DNA of 64,000 nucleotides from a virus (Duplodnaviria; Caudoviricetes): IMG/VR virus record IMGVR_UViG_637000272_000004, positions 1 to 64,000 of that record; one strand, 5' to 3'. Shown piece by piece: positions 1 to 11,371 of this stretch (position 1 is its first letter; each line of letters starts with the position of its first letter). The notes under the pieces were generated by a model. It saw only the letters and a program-made list of their open reading frames with translations, ran no database searches and was not told where the DNA came from. The position numbers and the translations under genes were made by a program.

Positions 1-449
1 CACTCTAATCTCCCCGAAAAGAAGAACAACGGTGGCTCGGCTTCATATTCGCTTTTGTGCAAGTGTTCTTTTTCAATTATTTCATCGACAGTTAATTGGT
101 CTTTAGCATCTTTCTCTTTCAATAATTCCCCTATTTTTTCTTGATTATATTCAAAGTCTCCATTAAATTGATTTTTATCATCATCACCTAAACCTATAAA
201 CGCCTGGAAATCATATTTTTTATTATTATTTATATAACCTTTAGCAGAATATGAACCCATCGGGCCTTTTTGAAATTTTGTTATTTTCAAGCCATGATAA
301 TTATTAAGGTTATACTTAAAATACAAATCTATCCGCTTTTCTTGCGTCTCAATGTAATGATCTTTTCTATGCTTATGGGTCACACATGCCACGACTACCA
401 AACCTATTATAATTACTACAACTATTATTACGATATTTTTCTTTTTCAT
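1..449 (-). CDS. DUF1433 family membrane-anchored protein, copy A (149 aa; stop codon cut by the window edge)
   Basis: Manual translation from ATG at 449 is open to position 1: MKKKNIVIIVVVIIIGLVVVAC...YEAEPPLFFFSGRLE. The ATG overlaps the TGA of copy B. Confidence 0.8.
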   Translation of the reverse strand, partial: MKKKNIVIIVVVIIIGLVVVACVTHKHRKDHYIETQEKRIDLYFKYNLNNYHGLKITKFQKGPMGSYSAKGYINNNKKYDFQAFIGLGDDDKNQFNGDFEYNQEKIGELLKEKDAKDQLTVDEIIEKEHLHKSEYEAEPPLFFFSGRLE

Positions 450-891
450 CACTCTAATCTCCCCGAAAAGAAGAATAATGGTGGTTCCGCTTCATATTCA
501 TTTTTATCCAAGTATTCTTTTTCAATTATTTCATCAACATTTAATCTGTCTTTAGCATCTTTTTCTCTATATAATTCACCTATTTTATCCTCTTTATAAC
601 CTAAATCTCCTTTAAATTGTTTATTAGTATCAGAAAATATCACAGCATCAAATTTATAATTTTTTTATTATTGACAAAGCCCTTTATAAAATAACCACCC
701 ATTGGATTCTTTTTAAAACTTGTAACTTTCATTGAATGATAATTTTTGAGATTATACTTAAAATACAAATCTATCCGCTTTTCTTGCGTCTCAATATAAT
801 GATCTTTTTTATGCTTATGGGTCACACATGCAATGACTACCAAACCTATTATAATTACTACAACTATTATTATGATATTTTTCTTTTTCAT
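449..891 (-). pseudogene. DUF1433 family protein, copy B, frameshifted
   Basis: ORFs 640..894 and 449..643 join into a full paralogue if the T7 run at 660-666 (A7 on the coding strand) were A8. Confidence 0.8.
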
Positions 892-1334
892 CACTCTGGT
901 CTCCCCGAAAAGAAGAATAGCGGTGGTTCCGCTTCATAATCACTTTTATCCAAATGTTCTTTTTTAATTATTTCATCGACAGAGAGTTTATATTTAGGGT
1001 CTTTTTCTTTGAATAATTTGCCTAATTTATCTTCATGGTAACCAATATCTTTCTGATATTGATTATCGCTTCCCGAATCTATACTTGCTTGGAATTTATA
1101 TTTTTTATCATCATTTATATAACCTACAATGAAATACCCACCCATAGGAGTTTTATGGAAATCTGCCACTTTCATATTTTTATAATTGTTAAGATTATGC
1201 TTAAAATACAAATCTATCCGCTTTTCTTGTGTCTCAATGTAATGATACTTTATTTGTTTATTATGCCCATATGCAATAATAATTAGGCCTATTAATATTG
1301 CAACAACTACCACAAATACATATCTTTTTTTCAT
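891..1334 (-). CDS. DUF1433 family membrane-anchored protein, copy C (147 aa)
   Basis: N-terminal TM segment, HYIETQEKRIDLYFK and YEAEPPLFFFSGR motifs shared with copies A and B. Confidence 0.85.
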   Translation of the reverse strand: MKKRYVFVVVVAILIGLIIIAYGHNKQIKYHYIETQEKRIDLYFKHNLNNYKNMKVADFHKTPMGGYFIVGYINDDKKYKFQASIDSGSDNQYQKDIGYHEDKLGKLFKEKDPKYKLSVDEIIKKEHLDKSDYEAEPPLFFFSGRPE

Positions 1335-1852
1335 TTTAATCGCCTAGCGTCTTATTTCTTATAGATTTCAAAAAAACAATTTACTTTGACATGCTATCTT
1401 TTTCTATGTTCAACGCCCCCCATGATACGTTGTTTCAAAATGCTTTTTAATAATTTCTTGGTTAGTATAGTATTAAATACATAAAGTCGCGCTGTTTTGC
1501 TTTTCGTATTATATATAAAATAGCAGTCTTATTCTAAATTAATATCTTTTTAAGTTCACTTATCATTTTATTACTTAAATCAAAATTTGTCTCTTTTCTA
1601 ACATTTTACTTTACATCAATTTTAATTACTTTAAATATTGTATAAATTAATTATTTAAAATGCTATAATCGATAAGATTATTAATATTTAATTTTCCAAT
1701 TTTAATTTCTTTACATTTTTAGATGCTAACTAGATTTTATGGTGACTGATGGTTTCCATGCATCAACGAATTTCCCAATCCTTTGGAAAGTTGAATTATT
1801 AATTAATCATAATATTACTTGCACACACGCAACACAAAAAGGAGACATGTTA

Positions 1853-4276
1853 ATGACATATAAAATGAAGAAATGGCAAAAATTATCCACCATTACGTTA
1901 TTAATGGCCGGAGTGATTACTTTAAATAATGGTGAATTTAGAAATGTTGATAAACATCAAATCGCTGTGGCCGATACAAATGTTCAAACGCCAGATTATG
2001 AAAAATTGAAGAAGACGTGGCTCGACGTTAACTACGGTAATGATCAGTATGATGAGAATAATCAAGATATGAAGAAGAAGTTTGATGCTAAAGAAAATGA
2101 AGCTAAGAAGTTACTTGAAGATATGAAAACTGATACAAATAGAACATATTTGTGGTCAGGAGCTGAAAACCTTGAAACTAATTCTTCTCACATGACAAAA
2201 ACCTATCGTAATATCGAGAAAATCGCAGAAGCAATGCGACATAAAAATACTTCATTAAAAACAGATGAAAACAAGTTGAAAATAAAAGATGCAATTAAGT
2301 GGTTACATCATAACGTATATGGTAAGGATCCAGATAAGAAAGTCGCAGATTTAACCACCAATCGTAAAGAAAAAGATTCTAGTAAAAAGAATAACTCATT
2401 GAATTGGTGGGATTATGAAATTGGTACGCCAAGAGCATTAACAAATACACTACTTCTAATGGATAATATGCTCACTAAAGATGAAATGAAAAATTATTCA
2501 AAACCTATTAGTATATATTCACCATCCAGTTATAAAATTTTATCTTCTGTTGGTGAATCAGAAGATGCTAAAGGTGGAAATTTAGTAGACATTGCTAAAG
2601 TAAAATTTTTAGAAAGTGTTATTGAAGAAGATGTAGATATGATGAAAAAGTCTATAGATTCTTTTAATAAAGTGTTCACTTATGTTCAAGATTCTGCCAC
2701 TGGTAAAGCTCGCAATGGATTCTATAAAGATGGCTCTTACATTGATCATCAAGATGTCCCCTATACCGGTGCTTATGGCGTTGTTCTCTTAGAGGGAATT
2801 TCTCAAATGATGCCGATGATAAAAGAATCTCCTTTTAAACATACACAAGATAAAGCTACATTAAGCAATTGGATTGACGAAGGTTTTATGCCACTAATCT
2901 ATAAAGGTGAAATGATGGATTTATCACGTGGTAGAGCTATCAGTCGTGAAAATGAAACAAGTCATACAGCGTCAGCGACTGTAATGAAATCATTGTTGAG
3001 ATTGAGCGATACCATGGATGAGTCTACAAAAACAAAATATAAGCAAATCGTTAAAACTTCTGTTAAATCTGATTCAAGTTATGACTCAAATGACACATTA
3101 AATTCTTATTCAGACATAGATAAAATGAAAAAGTTAATGAATGATAGTACTATTTCTAAAAATGATTTAACACAACAACTTAAAATATATAATGACATGG
3201 ATCGTGTCACCTATCACAACAAAGAATTAGACTTTGCATTTGGTTTAAGTATGACATCGAAAAACATCGCACGATACGAAAATATTAACGGAGAGAACTT
3301 AAAAGGTTGGCACACCGGTGCAGGCATGTCTTATTTATATAACAGCGATGTCAAACACTATCGTGATAACTTCTGGGCAACAGCCGATATGACTCGTCTT
3401 CCAGGCACTACTACTTTAAATGATATGCCATCTACTAATACTAAGAATGATAAATCCTTTGTTGGCGGGACAAAATTAAATAATAAATACGCAAGCATCG
3501 GTATGGATTTTGAAAATCAGGACAAAACTTTAACTGCCAAAAAATCATATTTCATATTAAACGATAAAATTGTCTTCATAGGAACTGGCATTAAAAGTAC
3601 TGATTCATCAAAGAATCCAGTTACAAGTGTTGAAAATCGCAAAGCAAATGGGTATAAATTATTTAAAGGTGATATTGAAATTACCACTTCAGATGTTAAT
3701 GCTCAGGAAACCCATTCAGTCTTTTTAGAGTCCAACGATACTAAAAAGAACATTGGTTATCATTTCTTAGACAAGCCAAAAATAACTGTAAAAAAAGAAA
3801 GTCATACTGGTAAGTGGAGTGAAATTAATAAAAGTCAAAAAACAGATGACAAAAAAGATGAGTATTATGAAGTAACTCAAACACATAATACATCTGACAG
3901 TAAATATGCATATGTTTTGTATCCTGGTTTATCAAAAAGTGATTTTAAATCGAAGAATAATAATGTAAGTATTGTTAAACAAGATGAAGATTTTCATGTG
4001 ATAAAAGATAATGATGGCGTATTTGCTGGGGTTAATTATAGTGATAGTACTAAATCTTTTGATATAAACGGAACTATTGTTGAATTAAAAGAAAAAGGTA
4101 TGTTTGTAATTAAAAAGAAAGATGATAACACATATGAATGTAGTTTTTATAATCCGACATCCACAAATTCCACTTCAAATAAAGAATCAAAAATTTCAGT
4201 TACAGGTTACACTATAACTAATCAAAGTGTCTCAAATTTTAAAGAATCTGACATACACTTTGAATTAACTAAATAA
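1853..4276 (+). CDS. hysA: Hyaluronate lyase (polysaccharide lyase family 8), 807 aa
   Basis: MTYKMKKWQKLSTITLLMAGVITL signal peptide, NWWDYEIG, GFYKDGSYIDH and PYTGAYG motifs, AAGGAG RBS at 1839-1844. Confidence 0.95.
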   Translation: MTYKMKKWQKLSTITLLMAGVITLNNGEFRNVDKHQIAVADTNVQTPDYEKLKKTWLDVNYGNDQYDENNQDMKKKFDAKENEAKKLLEDMKTDTNRTYLWSGAENLETNSSHMTKTYRNIEKIAEAMRHKNTSLKTDENKLKIKDAIKWLHHNVYGKDPDKKVADLTTNRKEKDSSKKNNSLNWWDYEIGTPRALTNTLLLMDNMLTKDEMKNYSKPISIYSPSSYKILSSVGESEDAKGGNLVDIAKVKFLESVIEEDVDMMKKSIDSFNKVFTYVQDSATGKARNGFYKDGSYIDHQDVPYTGAYGVVLLEGISQMMPMIKESPFKHTQDKATLSNWIDEGFMPLIYKGEMMDLSRGRAISRENETSHTASATVMKSLLRLSDTMDESTKTKYKQIVKTSVKSDSSYDSNDTLNSYSDIDKMKKLMNDSTISKNDLTQQLKIYNDMDRVTYHNKELDFAFGLSMTSKNIARYENINGENLKGWHTGAGMSYLYNSDVKHYRDNFWATADMTRLPGTTTLNDMPSTNTKNDKSFVGGTKLNNKYASIGMDFENQDKTLTAKKSYFILNDKIVFIGTGIKSTDSSKNPVTSVENRKANGYKLFKGDIEITTSDVNAQETHSVFLESNDTKKNIGYHFLDKPKITVKKESHTGKWSEINKSQKTDDKKDEYYEVTQTHNTSDSKYAYVLYPGLSKSDFKSKNNNVSIVKQDEDFHVIKDNDGVFAGVNYSDSTKSFDINGTIVELKEKGMFVIKKKDDNTYECSFYNPTSTNSTSNKESKISVTGYTITNQSVSNFKESDIHFELTK

Positions 4277-4281
4277 GCAAT

Positions 4282-4322
4282 AAAACCTCGGCACTATAAC
4301 ATTTTTATAGTGTCGAGGTTTT
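4282..4322. terminator. Bidirectional intrinsic terminator between hysA and the convergent gene
   Basis: AAAACCTCGGCACTATAA-cattt-TTATAGTGTCGAGGTTTT inverted repeat with A/T tails. Confidence 0.85.
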
Positions 4323-4401
4323 ATAAATATTGCAAAATTTTATATCATAGTTAAGGTCATCTATTGATTTATATATTTTGGTTTCACCACAGTATGAACA
4401 A

Positions 4402-4779
4402 TTATTTATTGGACGTATTTTGTTCTTTCTTTATTTCAGAAACTGACTTAGGATTTTTAATAAGTTTTCTACCCAATTCATCTGTATAAGAAATATCGGT
4501 ATCAAATTGAAAATCATCAATAGATCTTATACCAGCTGTAAATGATAACTTTTTATCATTATTTATATAACCACTAATAGAATAACCATCCATTGAGTTT
4601 TCTTTAAAATTAGTGAAGCTTATATTTTTATAACCTTTCACATTGTGCTTCATATAAATCGTTATTCTTTCTTTTTGTTCATCATAATATTTCTTTTCGT
4701 CATATTTTATCTTCAAGAAGATTCCGACTAGAATCAATATTATAATTATAAATACAATCATAAGAAATTTTTTATTCAA
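4402..4779 (-). CDS. DUF1433-like membrane-anchored protein (divergent paralogue)
   Basis: TM segment, EQKERITIYMKHN and GYINNDKK motifs. Probable TTG start at 4779 with AAGGAG RBS; the ORF track starts it at 4818. Confidence 0.75.
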   Translation of the reverse strand: MNKKFLMIVFIIIILILVGIFLKIKYDEKKYYDEQKERITIYMKHNVKGYKNISFTNFKENSMDGYSISGYINNDKKLSFTAGIRSIDDFQFDTDISYTDELGRKLIKNPKSVSEIKKEQNTSNK

Positions 4780-4987
4780 AAAATCAATCTCCTTTTCATT
4801 GGATTTATTGACGAACATTTTAAATTAATGAAGCATACTGAGTTTAACGATGATTGTAAAATCGTAGCAATCCAAATGACTGTTGGTTTTAACATTAGTA
4901 AATTTTTCTTTCTTATAATCTTAAATCATGATTTGATTTACTTTAAAATTTAAATAATTATATTTTTATCCATTCTATTCATAACAT

Positions 4988-5038
4988 TTATTCAATTGGA
5001 CCTGAAATGAAAAATAACGGTGGCTCGGCTTCATATTT
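4988..5038 (-). pseudogene. Orphan 3' fragment of a DUF1433 gene
   Basis: Encodes KYEAEPPLFFISGPIE*, matching the C-terminus of the array copies; no upstream body. Confidence 0.7.
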
Positions 5039-5300
5039 GTCAATAGCGGTTTAAGATTGGCGTGTTTTAAATACTTAATCACTTTCAAAATCTTTTTAGT
5101 CAGTATGATTCTTCTATAATCTTAAAGATTTTCATATTATAATATTACACATTTTTTCGAAATCTTATTTAAACTTATTTACTAGTTTCCTTGTGGATTG
5201 TTGGTTGTGTTTTAGAAATTCACGTCACAAGTTCAATATAAAATATTGTTTTTTTACTTTTTATAAAAGTTTGAGCGGTGGCATAAATATATAGATAAAT

Positions 5301-8300
5301 CTAAAAATTACGCCTAATATTTGACATTTCATTCTTAATTATTTTCTTATTATATTTGCCATCGTCATAAAAAACATTGTACCACCATTCTTGTCTATCT
5401 CGAAGAGAAATTTTTTCTAGATATATTTTCCATCCAATAGACAATTTTTTAGTATTAAGAAAGTTTAATAAACTTTCTTTTTTAATAAGTAAACATTCAT
5501 TATCAAATTCGAGTAATTTAGAATTAATACATATTGTTTCAGCAAATTTAGTTTTCCATACTCCTTCTTCCGTTTGTATTAATGAAAAATAATCTACTAT
5601 TTCTTTACACGGAATATAAAAACTTATTGATTTGTCCTTAACAGAATAATCTAACTCCCAAAAATATTCATTAATAGCTGGACATAATTTACCATCTGAT
5701 TCAGTTAAATATCCCTCTTTATAATTTTTATAAGCTTCGCTCCAATAATATTCATATAAATATATACTATGTGCTCGAGGAATATTAATACCTCTATCAT
5801 AATTATTTTCATAACCTTTGATAATTTCATTACTATCTTCTTTATTATAAAAATATCCCATCGCTAAGAAATAACATGAGTCTCTATCTTCAAATGGTAT
5901 TTCTTTCTCTCTCTTTTCAAAATTAAACTTTGGGCTTAAACATATATATCTATGATTGTCTATATCTATTTCTAAAAATAATTTTGTTTCATCAAAAACT
6001 TTGGTATTTTTTACCCATTCATTCGATTGATGCGAAGGAAGTGGAGAGGGTACTAGTATTTTTGATTCTTTATCAATTTCAAGTAATAGTAAAGTAGGAT
6101 CAATATCTCTAATATAATCATCCCATAGTCCAGAATATTGAACATCAGGAAATTTATCTACAAGTTTAGCTAAAATTTCATAGTAAGCAATCCATTGATA
6201 TTTTTTGCTAATTCTTTCAATTGAATTATTAAAGTTATCATAACGATTAACCCACATATCAAATTCACCGTGTAATTTTGCATCATAACCCATTTCAAAA
6301 ATCCTCATTAATGCTATATTACTTAAGTCTTGATCACTTTTAAAACCCTTTACCCAGTTTCGTACAGCATAACCAAATACATATCTGCCAAAATCGCCAT
6401 ATGCCCCAGTTCCTCTTCCATATTCCGTTGTCATTGAGTTTTTAATTTTATCGATAGAAAAATGTAAATGGCTATCTAAATTGTTTTTTAAAGATTTTAT
6501 GTAAACGTCTATATCTAAATTCGAATATTCTTTTTTATACCAATTACTTTTATAAGGTGGCCTAATTTTTTCTAAATTTATATTAGATATATCTTTTGAT
6601 AAACAAATATATTCAATTGTTTGCCTAGCATAATCTCTCATTAAAATATGAGGATATACCATTTCTTTATCAAATATTTCTTCATAAATATAATTAGCAA
6701 TCTCTATATGTATTTCACAAATGTCGATTCGAAGTGTTCCCCCTAAAACAGAAGCATATAATCTTTCGACTATATATGGATCATTGTTATTTTCAAATAA
6801 TTTTAATAAACCAATAATTTTAGTTGGAAATGTTTTGAATAATTTTACTAAAGATTTAGTACCGAGATCTCTTAATTTATTATTAGTTGTAGAAAATATC
6901 CACGTTAAAAAAATCATATACTTTTCCGCAGTTTCTTCATCTAATCTCTTATAGTTACTAAATAGCCAATTAATAATTTTAAAAACCTTTTCATTATTTA
7001 TAGATACATACTGAGTCCATAAAAAATCTCTTTTTCCTAAATTGCATTGTTTCAATAATTTATGTAAAGCCCAAATATTTAACGGATGGTTTTTTTGAGG
7101 CATTTTTATTAATAAGACATCTAAAAAATTATTTCTAAATCCATCATAAGGAATAATATTATCGTATATATAGCATTTAGTATGTTTACTTATGCTTCCA
7201 TCTTTTCTCCATACTAAACTATTTATAAAAGAATATATCATGTTATAATTGTTTTTAAACTGTGGAAATACTTCAAATAGCTCTATATTAAATTCATTTT
7301 CTAATTTAATAAAAAGTTCATTAATAAGACCTCTATTATAAGATAAATCGTCTTCCTTTTGAAAATACCTTGTCACTTTTTCATCTGACTGTAATTTAGT
7401 TACTAAATCTCTTTTATCAACATTTCTATATTTCTCTAATAGGTATTCAGATAAAAAGTAATCTCCCATACGCTCATACGAAAAATAAATAATCATTTCA
7501 CCTTTATAGCCAGTATTTTTAATTAATATATTTTCATCTATTAGCGCTTCTAAAAATCTATTTGACTTTTGAACATACTCTTTAGCTATATTATTGACAA
7601 CAGTATAGGATTCCTCATAATTTAGTTGATTAAATTATGAGTCGTTCATTAATTCAACTAATCCTTTTATTACTTTTTGTACAACATTAATATTTTTATC
7701 AAAATCAAATTTATCTTCCTTAGATAAATTAATATTTACTGTCTTAAGAACATTTGTAAATAGCTCTGCAACACTTATAGTTTGGTCAAATTCCTTAAAT
7801 TTATTTACACAGTACTCACACATTAGTTTTAAAAATAATGGATTGTTGAATTCTGGATTTAATATAGGCAACTTAGGTAGCTCTAATCCATAAAAATCAC
7901 AAAAAGATACAATTGGATTATAGTTTTCTTCCTTACTAAAACCTTCATGCTGAAATACTACAATATTGTTATCTTGTATTGCGTTTTTGGGTAATATAAC
8001 ATCTTCAAAAGGGGTTCTAATAGAAAATATTAAAGCTATATTAGAATACTTCTTTATATGGTTGATAAAGCTTTGAAAATAATTTCCCCATAACCTTTTA
8101 CCTTCACCTTCATTAAGCGCATCAATAATAATAAAAGCTCTTTTTTTGTTTCTTTGGCCTTATTACTTATTGACCTTAAAAAAATATCAACAGAATTTGT
8201 AACTTCTAAATTATTAAGTATTTGATGCCATGGATCTTCATTTTTAGTAAAAAATTGTCCCAAAAACAGATAAATAATATGATTTTCATCTCTAAGTTTT

Positions 8301-9408
8301 TTAGATAGATGCGCTAAAAGGTGTGATTTTCCTATACCAGCTTCACCTTGAACTAGCAAATAAGGATAAAACAAGCATTCTTTACATGTTTCTTTTAAAT
8401 ACGTTTGATATTTTAATAATACTTTTTCGATTTTACTCATATAAGTTTGAAGTTCTAATTTTTCGTTCTCACTTATTTTGTATATATTACATTCATTATG
8501 TTCTGTCAGAAAAATATAAGGGTCAATATTAATTTCGTCTATCAATTCATAAATTTCACTTAAGTATTTTTTCTTTTCTTCAAACTCTTCTTCCAGTTCC
8601 AAATAATTATTGACTGATTGTTCTAAATTAGAGAATTTTTTTGAAATTCAAATAAATATTCTTTGCATATTTTGATTTCATCTTATCTAAAATATCATTT
8701 TCGATATAACCTTTTAATTCTTTTAGATATGAAATATTAGTATATTTAAAATTATTGGTAATAGAAATACCTTCTATAATTTTATTATTAATAGTATCGA
8801 TATCATTATTCGCAGTATATCGTGAAGCTAAATTTGATATATTAAATTCTAATTTTTCATTAATAAATTCTTCTTTTAAATATGACAAAGAATCTTCAAA
8901 TAAAAGTGGAGATAATTCTTTTTTTAATAATTCTATAGCGCTATCTTGATCATTTATGTTTAAATTCAAAAACTCTTCGCATAAGTCTTGAGTTAAAATA
9001 ATATCTTTTTTACTATCAAATAATATATTATACAGATTTGATAAAATATAATTTTAATATTATTATTTTGTTTTCCAATAAATATAAACTTTAATCGATA
9101 ACCTTCATCCATTTTATTTGTTAAATACTCTTTTTTTAGAGTATCCTCTATTTTTTGCTTTTTACACGTTGCGGTAACTTGAATAATAATTTTATTCGTA
9201 TTATCTATAAGATCAAATGCTGGTGCATTTTTTTGTTTTTATTATAATTTTCAAGTGAATACCTATATACAATATTTAACAGGTCTCTAAAAAAATATTC
9301 GGAATATATATGATTATATAAAATATTTATCTTTCCTAGTTCTTCAATCTTAGTATTAAGTCTAATTAGTGTATCAAGAAATTTTTCTTGATTCGTTGAT
9401 CGTTTCAA
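5301..9408 (-). pseudogene. SMEK-domain STAND NTPase, Avs2 (AVAST type 2)-like anti-phage protein, about 1369 aa when repaired
   Basis: Five track ORFs stitch into one gene after 4 frameshifts (T7 9228-9234, T4 9052-9055, T7 8636-8642, T7 8141-8147) and 1 in-frame TAA (7635-7637). SMEK-like N-terminus (HIYSEYFFRDLLN..PAFDLID..IIIQVT), Walker A GEAGIGKS, Walker B FIIIDALNE, C-terminal NDPYIVERL, ERISKKYQWIA and RDIDP motifs. Confidence 0.8.
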
Positions 9409-9574
9409 TTTTTAAGTCTCCTTTTAAAATGAATAATTCACTTCTTATAACTAATATTTAAACAAAATGATCACATAATAATATTTAATTTACAATATGC
9501 CACTACAATGTCAACATTTTATAAACACTATTCATTTGAACATGGTCTAAAATGAATAGGACATTGTAAATGAT

Positions 9575-10064
9575 TAAATAGTCTGTCTCTAGTTGATGTA
9601 AATGGTCATTTGTTATACAGATAATAATTAATCTAATTAATTTTTTACGTTTTAGTTACTTGGTTGTGATTGAGGCTTTTTGTATCTAGTTATAATATTC
9701 TCCTTTTTTAGAATCATAATAGGTACTTCTTGATATTTTTAGAACTTTGCACATTGCTGATACTGAATATTGATACGCATTTTGTTGAAAGACTTCAATT
9801 TTTGTCTCAAAATTAGCACTGCTTGCTTTAAAACATCATTTTACATTATCAATCGATGTTTTTCTTTGCGTAATTTTATTAACTCTTTTTCATCTTCTCG
9901 TATAATTTCGTTTCTAAGCTTACCATTTTCATAAAGTTTAATTATTTTAATTTAAATTATTTACTAAAAGCTCTTCAGTCTCTTGTCATAATAAAATCGC
10001 CTACCCTCTTAGTTTAACAATGTCTATTCTCATAGAATTTGTCCAACTAAATGTAGACGATTCA
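9575..10064 (-). mobile_element. Internally deleted, degenerate IS3-family element
   Basis: ATG at 9989 begins a degenerate OrfA (MTR..LYENGKLRNEIIRE..EKELIKLRKE..NDVLKQA) followed by the OrfB start (AYQYSVSAMCKVLKISRSTYYDS). End TGAATCGTCTACATTTAGTTGG at 10064 and a degenerate inverted copy (about 14/22) at 9575. Confidence 0.7.
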
Positions 10065-10171
10065 CTAAACTTCTAAAAAAATAAACCCCAAATTATAATA
10101 GTCTCAATATTAATATATTACAATTTATTCATAGGATTTTTATCATTTCAATTAATAAGTTGTTATCAGGG

Positions 10172-11371
10172 TTAAATAAACATTTTTTGTAATAGTCCTT
10201 TTTTACGTTCTTTTAATAACTCAATTCTATTCATTTGATTATTCATTTTATTGTCTATAGATTTTAACAATGCACTTACTTTATCTTGTTCAGTGAGACA
10301 AGGTATTTTAAGATTTATATTGCATAAGTTCGCATGAGTTAATTTAGCTGGTGCATTACCTATCACAAATGCTCGTAGTTCTTTAAAATTTAAATAATAA
10401 TTCATAAAAAACAAATTATGATCATTACTTTTAACTACATGCGCATGATTATTTACCCAGTATTGCCCATTAGCAATAAAGCTACTCGTCTCAAACTGCC
10501 CCCATTTTGCACCATCTTCTCCTATTAGTAATCGTTCCTCATTATTGAATAAATATTCTTTCACGTAATCAATAATTCCAGTTGCGCCATAGTAAGGGTA
10601 TAGCCCCTTTTCTCTTAATGAAGAAGTAATTGGTTTTCTTCTATTATTTTCAAATATAAAGATGTCTTTTATGAATTTGTTTTCCCAATTTGGATATTCT
10701 TCACCATTCTCGTCTTTGAATCGTAATTCCTGTGAGAAGATTTTCTGCATATAGCCTTTTTTCTGTTGTTGAAGTAATTCAAGTTTTTGTTCTTCTAATT
10801 CAATTTGTCGGTCAAGTTTGCTGAAGAACTTGCCTATTTTTTGCTGTTCTTCAAATATAGTTGGGGTGAAGATTTTTAAATTAGCAATTTCTTTGAAGTT
10901 TAGTCCTTCTCGACTACCTCCACTTTGTGCAAGGAAAATTTTCCTTTTTCCTTTTCTTGATAATAGTTACTGTCCAAAAAAATTATAATAATACTCTTTT
11001 TTCAATCTAATAATACATACATGTTGATTTAAATTAGCATGCGTTTCAACTATCGAATTAATGGCTGTTTTACCTATTGATGCTCCTGTAATATTTAAAA
11101 GAACATCACCATAGTACGTTCTACTATTTTTCATCTCATCATCTATATCTTTACTAATATAAACTAAGTCATTAAGATTTAATTTACCATTTCTAATATT
11201 TTGACTCCTTAAAAATGGTATGCCATTGTTTGTATAGTTTTCACTTCCACCTTTGGGAGTCTTTCCACTACCTATTTTGGTAGTAAGATCCCCTAACTTC
11301 TTCTCTTCCCATTCGCCTTCAAACCCTGGGAATCTCAACTCTGGCACATTTTTCCTTTGTGTATTACTCAT
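10172..11371 (-). pseudogene. hsdS: Type I R-M specificity subunit with one in-frame TAA at 10967-10969
   Basis: MSNTQRKNVPELRFPGFEGEW start; the frame continues past FGQ* as LLSRKGKRKIFLAQSGG... into MQKIFSQELRF and TRD2. Confidence 0.92.

Noticed and set aside
270-1286. Plus-strand ORFs 270..599, 736..939 and 1035..1286 with repeated similar sequences
   Set aside because: Antisense shadows of the DUF1433 repeats; no RBS
1739-1852. 38-codon N-terminal extension of HysA in the ORF track
   Set aside because: The RBS and signal peptide point to ATG 1853 (or 1847)
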